64,000 bases of DNA from Hyphochytrium catenoides (lineage: Eukaryota > Protista > Hyphochytriomycota), in contig FLMG01001116.1 of the NCBI GenBank assembly GCA_900088475.1, positions 1 to 64,000 of the forward strand, given 5' to 3'. Below the pieces are notes generated by a model. It saw only the letters and a list, made by a program, of their open reading frames with translations, was not told the DNA's origin and made no database searches. Shown here one piece after another: positions 13,011 to 26,255 of the stretch (positions are counted from its first letter, which is position 1; each line of letters starts with the position of its first letter). The position numbers were made by a program, and so were the translations under genes.

Positions 13011-16000
13011 CCTCTAAGAATGGCACCAGCAGAATGCTGTCCTAGAAAAGAGCTTCTTCAATGGAGCTGTAGAGCTAAGACATGAAAAGTAGTGGACGCA
13101 TCTGATGGCTGCGGGCGACCAGACCACTTGTTTTCCTGTTCGTCTAGCAGCTTTGTGATTTGCTATGCTTTGCCTACACCTTGCAAGTCCTCCTCCTACT
13201 ACCTCCTCTCGTCATCTTCAGGATGGTGGCTCCTCTCGTCTCCCCCAGTCCCCTAATACTAGAATCAATTGCTAGTAGTAAATTTGTACGGAATAGGACG
13301 AAGGGAAGTCATGAACTCATCATGGAACCAAGTGGCAAGCGCATCTTTCGCCTATTACTACTTGGAATTCGAGAACGAGAAGAACGACGTAGTAAATTGT
13401 ACCACCATCGCAGCATGGACCAGAAGCTGCCTCTATTCAGATAAAAAAAAGGCTAGGATATGTCTTTCCTCCTCCTCCTTATCATCGAAAAGGATCTGTA
13501 AGGGAGAAGGACGACCCTTACTTTAAGTCCATCCTCTTGCGAGCGAAAGGAAAGCCCTGCTCTCGTTCTCTCATTTGCAATTGTCACTCCTCTATGCTTC
13601 TCTAGCACCCTTATTATCATCTGCCATTGCCGCTCATATTTGATCCTGCTACGGACACGACTATTATCTCCCACACGTCAAGACTTGGGGATCAGCATCT
13701 GACGTAGCGCTAGTACCACTGCATGATTTGCCCTCCTTGATCAACAACAATATGCGCATTGTGCAAGTTTTGTGTACAGTGTTGGTAAGTGAGTGTGTAA
13801 CAACGACTAGGAAACCCTAATCATCGACTCCCCAAAGCAAAATACATCTGCCAAGAGACGTATCGGGTGCATCGTGGTCGTAAACAAGAAGAGCAGAAGC
13901 TCTTGAAAAGATGCACCCTAGCGTGTGGGGTGCTACTGGAGTGATGCTGACTCCAACAACCATCATGGGCTATCGAGCTTGGGGCCGGATGGGGAGTGAA
14001 GGGGACGAGGGAAGACACATTGAAAGATCCTCCCCATGGAAAGCGGAGGGAGAAATTTGACTTGTCACAGAGCTTTTCTATCGAGGAATTCATGCACTGT
14101 ATAATAAGGTTTTGTTATAAATAGCAGGGCGCTGCTTGGTGTTGATTCCTGTACGAATGTTCTACTGTGTACCTTCAGATGTACACATAGAACTCTATTG
14201 ATCACATTCCGTCACTTTCCGTAGTGTTGAGAAGAAGCTCGGACGTGACGACGTCACCTGAAGTCCTAGCAGATAGCAGCAGAGGAGCACAGCTTTGACC
14301 TCTCCACTCTCCACTATTATTGGGCCAATGTCCCTCAAGTATCGTATGGGTATCATCACGTTGTACCTATGGAGAACACCACACAAACCAAAGATGCGTA
14401 TGATACGTATCTAGGAACTAGTGTACCACAACCACAGCCTTTCTACAAAAACTTCCTTTCATTTGCCATAGAAAAGTCATAGAAGCTATGGCCAAGATAG
14501 AGGTAGGTTGGACAGATCCTGTTATTCCCGCCCATCTGGCTCTTCTACTACTTGTACAGCATTATCATGATGTTTCTGACAGGAGAAGAAGGGAGAATGC
14601 TGCTGCTGAAGGCGATCTCTTCAAAGTTATCGATTGAACAGCTAACGAACCGCTTCCAGTTCATAAACAGTTGTACCGTACCGCTTCAGTTCACTACTAC
14701 GAACAGGTTCTACGTAAAACGGGAAAAGTCACCACTTTTCCACCTGTTCGTGACCTGCAAAAGGCCTCACTTCACGTCCTTTGGACCCATGTTCTGTCTC
14801 ACAATTTTGCTCTCTGTCTGACTCTCTACCACGCAGCCGCAGCTTTTGCTGTCTGTTGGGTCTCGAGAGAAGTGTAGGTAAGGAAATTTTCAACCGAATA
14901 TCGCTTTTTCATGCAGTAGCTCATCAGACATCAAGCCAGTGAAACAGCCAGGTCTGTCATTAGATACTGTCCGGTGCACAGTGAGAGCATGACTGATTAT
15001 ATTCTAACTGCCATTGGTCCCTTTATTGTTCCCCATCTCCTTCCTTCGTCTCTTCTGTCTCTCACACTGTGTCTTCCTCTCCCCACTGTTAGCTGACTGG
15101 CCGATGCTTTACTGTCTGTACTGGGGTAGCTTCACGTGGTGCCTGTGCAGACCTACATGGAGTACAAAAATAACCTCCATTTGCCTCCCTCGCTCTCTCT
15201 CTGAATAATGTGAAGGATGAGATCAAAGATAAGCAGTCCATGCTTCTTGAGACTCTTAGGCCCCAGTCGAAGCATGGATATACGGGAAATAGAATTGTGA
15301 GGGAGATTGCCTAAGAGAAAATTAAGGCAGGAGGTCACTGTAACAAACTTCCAACCACTTGAGTAGTAGTGTAGTTCTAGGAGGAGCTTTCTCCTGGGCT
15401 TTATTAGTCAGTAGAAGGAACTCGAGCCAAATTTCATCTCCCAAAAATTCCTTTCTCAGGAGAGCAACGAAACTACCCGGGCCTACACTAGTCTCGAGTC
15501 ACTGCCCATTAAATATATATGAACAACGGTCCGCCTCGGGTTGGGGTCCCAAGCCCGAGTCTCGTTACGATTTTGGAATTGGCTGAGTTGTAGTAATACT
15601 TGCAGGTTAACTCAGTGTTCCACAAGGTCAGGAGCAGCGTAGTAAGATTAGGGTTGACATAGCGCCACCCTGGCTCTTCACCTCACCCAACCCAATCCCG
15701 GCCCCGCCTATCCGCCCTCACGCACAATCTTTCTTCCATAGCTCTTAACGCATTTATATGCATGGGTCTGGAGCACTGCCATCTCCTACCCGCCGAGGTA
15801 GCGCCAACATTTGTGCTGTTGTGGTCGGGCCGCCGGTTGTCCTGCTGGCCTCTATTGTGTGTGTGCCCTGGGCTAGGCTGGGCTGGGCTAGGCTGGCCTT
15901 TGAAGTGTAGTTCCTCGATGGGGAGAAAAACTTGTGACTCGTCACTTGCTCCTCTTCTGCGCATGAGAGATTAGCGTTGCCGCAGAGATCGAGGACGCAG

Positions 16001-16299
16001 CATTGTGAAGTTCGAGACGCTGCTCGATAGCTAGCACTTGTGTTGACTGAGAACCAGTGTGAAGCTTTGTCTCTTGGTGTCATTATCTGCTCTATAAAAC
16101 TCCTTTTACTAAAACGAGAAGACTGGCACAATCAAGCTCTGCGCTCAAGTCACTCATCACTCACAAGCTTTGAGAGAGTAGACAGCCAGCTGTAGCTGCG
16201 CGGGGGGTACCGAGTGCACTTCTCCTCCTAACAGCTCTTCTGAAAGGCAGAGCTGGTCTGTGTACTCTCCTCACGCGTTTGATTTTATAAACGGCAAGG

Positions 16300-17381
16300 A
16301 TGAAAACTACGGCTCTCGTCGGTCTCAGTATCTCGGTGCTTGCTGCCTTTGGAGGCACCCGAGCCCAGGAGAGTCAGCCATGCACTTTAGACTCTGGTAA
16401 GCTTTCACAAACTGGTCCTTTCGCTTTGGTTTGACCGCCGACAACTCACGCATGAATCAATCCTTAGGCAAGTTTGTATGTCCTGCTGGGCTGACCTGCG
16501 TTGCCATTGCTGATAATGGAGGCATTCAAGCCAGAAAATGTGTTGCGCCTATTGTCTGCACAGGCGATGTTTTTGGCGATTGCCCAACCTACAACAAAGA
16601 TGGGGTAGCTCAGAAAGGCATTTGCTCCTTTATTGAAAGCCCGGAATGTGTCAACAACGGTGTGAGCTGTGCTTCAGTGAACGGAAAGAAGGGCCTATAT
16701 AAGTGCCTCACGCTCTCGTTATGTGATGCGGTGACCGGGAGTACGTGCTCAACGGCATGCCAAGATTCAAATGGGCTGATCTGCGGTGGCAATGGAAGCT
16801 GTGACACCAGTGGAAGCAGTCCGCAGTGCAAGTGTAAAGATGGCTTCTCAGGACCTAAGTGCGGTTCAGGCAGCAACAGCGGTGATGGAACAAACGGAGG
16901 TGGATCCGGTGCTGGAGGGGACGGTGATGGGGATTCAGGCGCGGGAGGAAATGGTGGAGGCGCTGGCGGTAATGCTGGCACGGGTGGAGACGCTGGTAAT
17001 GGTGGTGGGGCGGGTGGGGACGTAACACCTTCATCTCCGTCCAACTCGACCGTCACTCCTACTCCGTCAAAACCCTCTGGGTCAGTAACGTCTCCTCCAA
17101 ACTCATCCTCGAGCGCACCTCCTGTGGACAACACATCAGACCCAGACGCCCAGAACAAGAACAGCCAAGGTTCTGATGGTTCTGGAGGCGACAGTCTCTC
17201 AGCAGGCGGTATCGCTGGTATCGTGATTGCTGCCATAGTGGTCATTGGCCTTATAGCGATGTTTGTCATTTTCCGCAACAACCAGAAGAGAGAAAGCCAG
17301 GCAGCAGCGGCTGGGGCTGTGACAGAAGACGATGACATCGAAGGTGTGATGACGCCAAGACATAATATTGCCCTTATGTAG
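16300..17381 (+). CDS. Type I membrane protein: signal peptide, Cys-rich/EGF-like domain, Gly- and Ser/Thr/Pro-rich stalk, TM, short tail
   Basis: Exon 1 16300-16396 (MKTTALVGLSISVLAAFGGTRA signal peptide), intron 16397-16467, exon 2 16468-17381. EGF-like CGGNGSC...CKCKDGFSGPKC; TM GIAGIVIAAIVVIGLIAMFVIF. Confidence 0.88.
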
Positions 17382-18176
17382 CCCTTGATCTAGGTTATAT
17401 AGGGCACTATATAGACAGATTCAGTGTATATTATACCTGCCAGCTATGGTCTTATCTAAATATTCTAAATCTATATCACACTCACATTCAATCTTTCTGG
17501 TCAATGCACTAGCCTTGATGCATCTTAATCGACCCCACCAGCTTACCGGGCCGAGAATGTGGAAGTGGTCTAAGCGCTACTGGATGTGACCCGATAAGGA
17601 CACATCCTAAACCTACCTGGGCATAAGAAGAAAGCCCCAAAAGTTGTCAGCACCGATAGAAACGCTCTGTCAACATCATATATCAGGGAAACCACCAGGT
17701 CCTTCAGTGAGCGCAAGTGCCCTATTTTGACAAACTTGTGCAACGAGGTCCATGCAGCCGTGAGGGCAAGCAAGGGTACGACCATGTAAGTTCTGGGCTA
17801 GAGATGATTACTTTACTGACTAGAGTATTTAGCTCGTCTACATTGGTTCTGATTGGCAAGCTTCCATGAGAGATTGATCTCCGTAGTAGCAGCAAGAGCA
17901 ATGACCCCGTTCCTGTATGTGCCCCCATTTAGCCAATGAGTAAAGTGCCCCATTAGATAGGCTTGACCAAGAGGCATTTGCTTGCCGCTTGTACGTCTTT
18001 GAGAACTACAGGAGCCAGAGGTCTTGACAACCTGTCCTGATGTCAAGACAGTTCTCAGGTGCGTCGAATGAAGCTTGCCTCCTCTGTACTATCATAAGCT
18101 GGAAGAGAAGTAGTTCAAGGAGGAGTAATCTTTTAACCCTGCACAGGAAACTTATTACCAATAACCAGTTTCTCTC

Positions 18177-18251
18177 TACAGCCAATCAGAACAGCGGCGG
18201 CTACTGTACAGCCAATGGGAAAGACGCTTGCTGTCCTACAGCCAATGGGAA
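18177..18251 (+). promoter_or_regulatory. Triple CCAAT-box array with exact 30-bp spacing
   Basis: TACAGCCAAT at 18177, 18207 and 18237, plus another CCAAT at 18158. Confidence 0.55.
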
Positions 18252-19248
18252 AGGCCGGGCCTTTCAAAAACAAGGAAGTAGTTCCTGCAAGTGATGAAAG
18301 AAACCGCTAATCACACACGGTCAACGCCAGCTAAACACAGAGCGAGAGGGCAATTCAAGCACATATCAACATGTAACTCTGTCTCTTTTCAGCGGTGGCT
18401 CATAAATAGCCAAGCACCTAACTGGTGATCTAAACCGCCAACATCTCTGACGGCAACACAGATGTTGTGTGTGTTCTCACACAAAGGTGTTGGCCTCACT
18501 CACTGTTCTGTAAGTGATGGGGGCAGACTGGCGATTGGACTGGCGCCAATGGGCCAAAAAGTCGTTCCCATCTCTGCTGCAGCTTCACACTCTCTGATGT
18601 CTTCCTCTCCCTCTCCCGTCTTCCCGTCGGTCGACAAGGCAGGAAATGCTGCTAAAAATAGTCGAAAGCGAAGGCAGTGACTGAGTGAATAAGCAAGAGA
18701 GCGAAAGAGAGAGACGGCAATAAAGGGAGAGGACAGAAGAGAGAAGGGGCGCCAAGGGTGAGCGAAGGCGGAGACAAGTGGCTTCTTGGCATCAGTCTGT
18801 CACCCTTTCTGCGTACACTTTACAGTCGATAGGGCAGCAGGCCAATTGTGTCCAAATCTTGTAGGAGTCCTCCAAGCAGATCTGACTCTCCTGTCCTACC
18901 CTTAGAAGAGGCTATCGCATACAAGGACTGTTACAACGTTGGGTCGTACTGGACTATAGAAACGAAGAGAAGTCGCAACAACTCTCACTCTCAGTAGTGC
19001 TTCCACACTTGGAGCTGTTGAGTTCAGCGCCACACGGGCAGCTAAAGTCACGTTGCTACAATCTCAGCTATAATCTCCTTTTTTCGAACTGCATCCCGTC
19101 CACCAGCAGTGGTGGCAGCTGCTGACCAAGAAGACATCACTGTTCTGTTGTTCTATTGCGATCTTCCCATTTTGTGTAAGGGGAGCTCTAAGAAGAATCC
19201 CCTATCCGTCCCGATAGAGATCTTTCGATCCCAGTCAACTAACTGAAA

Positions 19249-20367
19249 ATGTCAAGTGAACTAGACTGCACAGCACCGTGTGCTATAGCGGGTCAGACCC
19301 AGAACATTTGCGAAGGCAGCGGATGCGGCATTGCCCCTTGCAGATTACCCTTTTCAGGCTCTCCAACCATCAAATGGCAGTGCTACGCTTATGTCTCGAA
19401 CACCCGCTCGTGTGACGGTATATTCGGCACTGGTTCGACAGCGCCCGACTGCTCAAGTGTCCCTACCTCTGCACCGACGCCTACCCCAGAGCCCTCCCCT
19501 TCACCGAGCCGTACGCCAGCACCTACATCCCGACCGACAACTAATGGTTCGCCCACTACCGGCTCCTCTAATGGCCTCGGTCAAGAGACAGGTGAAGAAG
19601 GATCCAAGAGCTTTTTTTCTTCCACTGGAGGTATTGTGGTGATATCTGTCATTGCAATTCTCGGACTGCTAGTCTTGGTGCTCAGCTTCCTCTTTTGGCG
19701 CCGGAATCGGTATGTTCGTAGAAGTAGCGATCTCTCCTCGACGGCCAACAACAAATGGGATCGAGGGCTACATAATGGACCCAAAGACGAGAGAGAACAA
19801 GCCCTGTTGGAAAGCGGTGATAGAGAGCAGACGCCTGCCTACTACCAAGGAGTTCATGCCCATTTGGCTCCACAGACCGTCGCTGCCGTGGTCCCCACCC
19901 AGCAGTATTGGACTTCAGTGCCCGTCACAGCGGCTCCTCCAGCTGTTGCCGGGCGGGGGAGTGATTATAGCCTTCATGGTTCAAGCCTATCAGGCCAGCA
20001 GGCCGCCCCTCAGAGAATGTCTCTCTCTGAGAAGATCAAGGAGCTGCAGGAGCAAAAGGTCACGATGCTGGGAACAGGTGCCGGTGCAGTGCCTCCGGCA
20101 GGTGCTGCTTTAGACCATCCAAACATTACTGAGAGACTTCTGCCAGAAGTCAATCAGAGACAAATCAGTACAGGCACCGTGGACATTGATGATCTTCTTG
20201 TGGCCAATGAAGGCAAGGGAGACAGCATGGGAACAATCGATGTGGACGGAGAGACTGGCAGATATACCTCAGCGAGTGATCGACAGGCGCCAGGGGACGT
20301 GATGAACATTGATTTGTACAGGCTTTCGCGGCGGCGGTCGTCGACTGCTAGCTCCATGGAGCTGTGA
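19249..20367 (+). CDS. Single-pass membrane protein with Cys-rich N-terminus, Pro/Thr/Ser stalk and long cytoplasmic tail (true start uncertain)
   Basis: 372-aa ORF with 8 Cys in the first 70 aa, a PTPTPEPSPSP stalk and TM GGIVVISVIAILGLLVLVLSFLFW-RR. No signal peptide in the ORF; a CTAAC branch point at ~19239 suggests an upstream exon. Confidence 0.8.
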   Translation: MSSELDCTAPCAIAGQTQNICEGSGCGIAPCRLPFSGSPTIKWQCYAYVSNTRSCDGIFGTGSTAPDCSSVPTSAPTPTPEPSPSPSRTPAPTSRPTTNGSPTTGSSNGLGQETGEEGSKSFFSSTGGIVVISVIAILGLLVLVLSFLFWRRNRYVRRSSDLSSTANNKWDRGLHNGPKDEREQALLESGDREQTPAYYQGVHAHLAPQTVAAVVPTQQYWTSVPVTAAPPAVAGRGSDYSLHGSSLSGQQAAPQRMSLSEKIKELQEQKVTMLGTGAGAVPPAGAALDHPNITERLLPEVNQRQISTGTVDIDDLLVANEGKGDSMGTIDVDGETGRYTSASDRQAPGDVMNIDLYRLSRRRSSTASSMEL

Positions 20368-21322
20368 ATTAACTTACTGGCGTCTTTTTTTATAAGTTAT
20401 TTATGCAGCTCAGACCTTAACTGGGCTTCGCGTCCAAAGGGCTGAACCGCTAAGGGTTTCCTATGAGGACCCTTCCCTGCGGCGATTGCTACAGCGCACA
20501 TGGTGGCCACTCGCATTCTTATTGATGCTATTTCCCCTAAGTTATCAAAAGCGAAATGATTCTTACCTATCCAGTAGCGGCCGACTCCAAATGCAGCTGT
20601 TGGGCTCTCTATGACGGTATAGAGTGTATAACAACCGTCAGCCGTAAGTCAGTCTGATAGCCGTCTCAACAACCTTAGGGCGATCTCAATAACGTTTCTC
20701 TTGTCACCATCCTTTGTTCTCAAGCACTGATCCTTTATTCCTCGAGCGCTCTTGAGACTAGGCGCCGGCTTGTAGATCGAGCATCATGACGGGCCAGCTT
20801 TGTCTTCATGAAGTCGATGCTTCAAAGTGTGAAGGTCCAACATCTCCTCATCGCTTGGCTTTTGTCAGCAGCTTTCAGCGTGGGTGGCCGCACCATGAGG
20901 ATGATCTCATGGGGATGAAGCTGATTCTTGCCGCCAAAAGGACAGACATTCAGAGCTCCTCCAGGAGCGAATCTTGAAGACTCTTGAGTTTTGGGTTGTT
21001 TTCTGGAAGATTTGTCCTCACTCAATCAAACCTTCTTCCGTGACAGGATACTAGTGGTGTCCTGTCCTCCGGCAACGCGCTTTGCCAGTCATCATCGCTC
21101 TAGCCAACGGATGTTGGCCAGAGTTTGTCGTCTGAATAGATGCGTTACTCTCAAGGTGGGTGGCGGGACCATTCGAAGCGAAGCAAGCAGCTTTTAATAA
21201 CTGAAGAAATGGCAATGGTGTCTGCGGAAGAATTGAGAAAGTGATCAAAGAAGGCTTAGTAAGCCGACACACTGGATGCAGAGTCAAAGACAGCCGCTTT
21301 CGCGTGAGCTCCTCATGGCACC

Positions 21323-23566
21323 ATGGCACCACAATTTACGAGACTCTTACTTTTCTCTTCTGGCTTGACCGTTGGCTGCCTGGTTGATCCAGAGGACGGA
21401 ACTCCTAGTGTCATTCTACTAGAGGACACAGGTGTGAGCTATACCTATATTGATGCCACAGGCGAGATAACCCGAGGCCAGGTCCCCTATAAATGGAGTT
21501 TAGTACGTTATGCAGTGAGCCGCGCTGAGGAGTTCAGGAACACTTATGGGTGGAGGAGGGCGCCACTGTTATTTCGGGAGCGAAAGTATTCGTCTTCCAG
21601 TGAGCTTAGACTGCCGCAAGGCGAACAAGAAGCGGCAAAGGGAGGCATACCCCTGCTTTTCCGTTCCTTCCTAGAATGGCCAGCCTCACCAGAAGCATGC
21701 CGGCTACAGAACGACGGGAGCGTTGAACTGAACTCTGTTGACGGCGATGCTAAAGTAGTTCTTTCTCCTAACGGGAGGTATGTCAATTGCAGGGTACCTG
21801 TCAAGCTGTTGGACTATGACAATGTCCGGCAGAGACCCCAGGGTACATCCTCAGTACTATCCCTTCCTCAAGCCCGGCGCCACGAGGCTTACGCTAAGGT
21901 TGTTCACCAGATCTTCGAGGTCCATCGGCTGCCCCCGTGGCTTAAAGTGCCGTACTCCATTCTTCGTAGTGCTAAGCAAATGGAGTTATCTATGAACGCT
22001 GAGCAAGATGAGCTGCATCTGGATTCAGACGCTATCACTGTCAGTATACCCGTCGTGGACACTGCCACACTTCGACCCAGCTGGAGTTCCTGTGCAACCG
22101 AAGGCTTTGATAAGGGCCTGCAACCACAGGCTCTTCTCCACTTCTGTTTATCGACAGCTGCTTTGTCTGAGTTGGGCGCAAAGCAGGATCACAGTACCAC
22201 TTACTCTCTCTTCACTGAACAAGACCTCTGTCTTGATGTAGAATGGACGCCGGAGGCAACTTATAGGCTGTTCTACCAAAGAGAAACAGATTCACTCGTT
22301 GTAGATGTCAGTATACTATCCTGACTCAGCTGAAGGTGTCTTTTGTTGTGGAATTTGCCATTACCCAGTGGGATGGTTACGTTACTTCTGTCCCTTCTCC
22401 CTGTATCTCTGTCACTGTTACTAATGCCGTCTGTGTCAGATGTTTACGCACAAAGACCAAGCGTCGTACATCTTGGACGGAGACTTCATTGCTCACTATA
22501 CATGGCAGAACCAGGAGGATAACCCTCATACCATATTCGCAACTTGTGCAGTACCGCTCTACGCTCGAGATGGCGATATGAATGAGCTGTAAGCAGTATT
22601 TGGAGCCCACTTACAAGCACCAAGTGTTAAATGCTTTGCAGTGATTAAGAGCCTTCCCTATCCTGTCAAGTGTTCTAACCATCCACATATCGATCATAGA
22701 TACCCCCTTCAGGCCATGACGAGCCACTGCACGGATCTTAGGCAACAGTTCATTGCTGTTTGGAGACGGGCAAATGTAAGGTAGCCCTTCTCCTTATAAG
22801 ATGCGATATTCGCTGACCTCCTACTGGCGTGTAGAGTACTTCATTGAAAACTGGCCATCCTTCCACTCCACCACGGTTCGAGAAGGTCTGCCAGCAATCA
22901 AATGAGCTTGGTGAGTTCACAGCCTACAGCGACGGCAGAGTGCATGCATGCTTCTCGAACGGGGCGATTCTCCGTCTCCGACCAGATATGTCGGAGTTTG
23001 AGTTTATGGACGTGAGAGGGGACCTCTATCACTTCTCTACGAGTGATCCCATGTGGGCTAAGAGGTAAGAAGAGATCACCTGTCCAATATATGCAAGAGG
23101 TAGGATAGTGTAGCAGGATGTCAGGAGCTAAGTACACTGTATCAGTTACTTGACTAGCACACAGGAATTCGCAGAATGGGCGTTCTTGGGACCTGAAGAA
23201 CGAGAGGCGCACTATAAAGAGAAAGTGGCAAGAGAGGACTGTGTGGCTGCTCAATTGCAGCAAGTTCATGAGTTCCTGACTCTTCAAGGTCTGATTAGCC
23301 AAGCGAAAGGACAGGTAATCTAGCCGTCCTTTTCCTAGGTTCGTCTGGCGCAGGACGCCAGACCTTGGCAGTACCTCCTATTCTCATCCTTGTTTTGCTG
23401 TCGCTGACTTTCCCAGGGTGCAACGGCAGCCTCCTCGTTAATAGAAGAAGACAACGGGGGAGAAGATCCTGGGCCCCTCAATAATATTATAGACAGGACA
23501 GAATGTGAGAAGATACTCAAGCGAACGCAACAATTCATTCTAGAGGTGGATGCCACTCTAGATTAG
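21323..23566 (+). CDS. C5orf34-like protein (DUF4524/DUF4520-type), multi-exon
   Basis: RAEEFRN, WP...GSVELNSVDGDAKVVLS, QIFEVHRLPPWLKVPYSIL and GEFTAYSDGRVHACFSNGAILRL resemble the recalled C5orf34 blocks in the same order. The last exon ends EVDATLD-TAG at 23566. Internal exon edges are not fully resolved. Confidence 0.65.
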
Positions 23567-26255
23567 AGATACGACATCTCTGTGTCTAGCATTAAGTGGC
23601 CAGCACGAGCGGCTCTACAATCAGACCTGGAGGGAGGCGCATACTGGTTCTCTCATAAGGTCAGGCGCTATTGTTAGGTTTCGTGAAGCCGAGATAAAGA
23701 TGCTGACTATAGATCTATAAGAAAAAGGAGAACAAGATTGGATTCTTCTCAGCCCCGTTACAGAATACGATAGGCTCCGTAAGAGCAAACGTCAACCTAC
23801 AAGCCTTGCAATGAAGTGAGGCCCTGCAAGAGGGACAAGACACTCCCAATCCTAGGTTCTTGTCCAGCGCGCTACCTCTCACCGGGAATCCCTACCCCTA
23901 TAATATATGTATGTATGTATACAGAAGGCCATTCCACATCTAACCACAGAACAAGAGAAGAATACTTTCCCCTTCAATCTCTATGCAAAGTTCAACTGGT
24001 GGGGCCTAGGCGGCTTACTATCTGTTCTCACAAGCCGCCAGCCATGCTTGACCTTGGCACAGAAGTCGCTGGCGCGGAAGCGAGGTTAGAACGATGGTCA
24101 CGCGAAAGGCAATGCTTTTCAAAATGTTGTTGTTTGGGAGTTCTTTGTTCTCCGGCGCGGCTGGGTAAGATGCCCCTACGTGCAGCTCGTCGCCCCTCAT
24201 CATCAGTCTCTTCCTTGTGTGACTTTAGCATAATAGATGATAGTCTCGCCTTGTGCCAATTAGTATAGGGAAACGCAGGTCCCTCACAGGTGGCGGCTTC
24301 CTGCGTAACTCGCCCACTCTCGTGCTTTGCGCTCTAAGACTGTTATTGCTGATATCACTCTCGTCACCTAGACCTACATTAAGGAGTAAGTTTGTTTGCG
24401 GTTGTGCCTTGGCGTTCCTTCGCTGTTATATTGTCATGATGGCTGCTGGCGGTGGAAGTACATAGGGATGAACACGTAACCATCGTGTACTACATTCTCA
24501 CTACCGGACGTCCCATTAATGCTATCTGTTGGTCGCAGGTCGGGGTTCAGAGGGGGTAGTATGGGCTGATGTTTACGGTGATGAACTTGAAGAGGCAGCA
24601 GCAGCAGAACCTTGAAGACTGTCACATCGAACTTTCATAAACGTACAGAATCATCACAATGGAACAAACTATGATGAATAGATCGGAAGAAGAATAGTAA
24701 GTTCTGAGCTTTTGAGAACAACGACAAAGAGAGGAGGCTGGTGGCGCCGCTGGCGGCGTGCTGCATGTTGTGCTGCATGTAATTGTCACTGTCCTGCAAC
24801 GCTCACGCCATATCTGTAGAGCTAAAGCAGCTGGAGCTCCTAGTTATTCGGCTGTTAGAACGACGGCCTGCGGTACGGCTGGCCAGCAGGCAACCAACTA
24901 AGAAACTAGGCGATCAACATCACCTCCACCTCCATCGCCGGCGTCGCCGGGGACTTGCACTGTAGTTCTACTACTGCTCTTCTACGGTGTTCTACTACCG
25001 TTTCTACAAATGACTAACGCAGTTTAAGGCTGTCGTTCAAGGAAGGGCAGGGCTACTGTACTGTCGGGGATGATGAACTAACCCAGAGTCCGAGGAAGTA
25101 CAACCTCAGAACCTCCACTGTACTATTTAGCATTCGGGTGTCTGATTTATATAACTGTTCAATCAATGAGTAAATCTCGGAGTATTGCTGTTGCTTTGTC
25201 TGTGCGTCCACAAACCCTCGACACCCACCCAGCCTAGCTATTGCTAATACAACTCACAAAACATGAAATATATTAGGAATATACCTATACAGCTTCTTGA
25301 TATTTAGCGTGTAAGTGTCCCACCCGTCCAAGGGGTCTGTACAAAAGTTGTGGCGTGATTGTTGGGTATGGGTACTTGCCCTCTCCCCCCTCCCCTTGAG
25401 GAGAAAGAAGACCGTGACGAGAGTCCAAACTCTGATCAAACTTTCTGACGGTACGACGGAAGTGGTAAGATTGAGACAGAGTGGGGTAAGAGATACAAAC
25501 TCAGTAACAGGTTTTCAAAAGGAGAAAACGGACCTGGTAGACAGAGTCATCTCATCCTTAATTTAGTTATCCTGTTGATCCGTGCTAGATATGAAGGTCA
25601 ACCACTTCTGATTGTTTACCAATAATACAGATATGAGACAGAGTCAAGAGAGAAGCACAGATGGAAAGAGGGCTAATTTAACCTAAGATAAAGAAGCGAG
25701 GGACCAGAAAGGCTCCAATAGCCGAAACAAGAGAAAGTGAGACACCAGACAGAGTCGGGAATCTTACATAAAAGATATGGCGAGACGCCCACAGAGATAT
25801 CGGCATGGTGAGGAAGAGAGAAGTGCCATACAAGAGACAGGGAGTATCCCAACAAGGTCATTACAGGCCAAATGAAGAGTAAAGGGAGGAGGAGAGGAGG
25901 AGGGGAAGGAGTTTGACCTTGTCCTCTCACACAGCAAACGATAGCAGACAAGAATAGCTCTTTTTGGATCTTTCTGCCTGAGTGTCGGTAGCTGCTTGCT
26001 GGGCTGTGAGCCAGAGACCCGATCATCAGAGTCTAGAAGACACGGAGATCGAGCGAGCAGGGCAGCACGAAGGGCCGGGTAAGTCTCTGACTCTTACCAG
26101 CTCATCCTCGTGTGGTTAATGAGGCAAAGTCACTAAACCAGCGCATAAGAGCATTGTAGGCAGAGCGAGGAGGCTTCAGATCTGTCAAGAGACAAGTTGT
26201 CACTGCTTACGTGCGCGTAATCTCCAACAACCACGGAGGTGAATATATGTTAGCC

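Noticed and set aside
11000-15300. Many 60-120 aa ORFs in the long intergenic region
   Set aside because: No motifs, inconsistent strands and no spliceable chain found.
16610-17338. 242-aa Pro-rich antisense ORF
   Set aside because: Shadow of the Gly-rich sense coding region.
18291-18450. Box C (GTGATGA) and box D (CTGA) suggesting a C/D snoRNA
   Set aside because: The boxes are ~160 nt apart, the terminal stem is weak and I recognised no rRNA-complementary guide.
23700-25000. Short ORFs on both strands after the C5orf34-like gene
   Set aside because: No recognisable domain or coherent exon structure.
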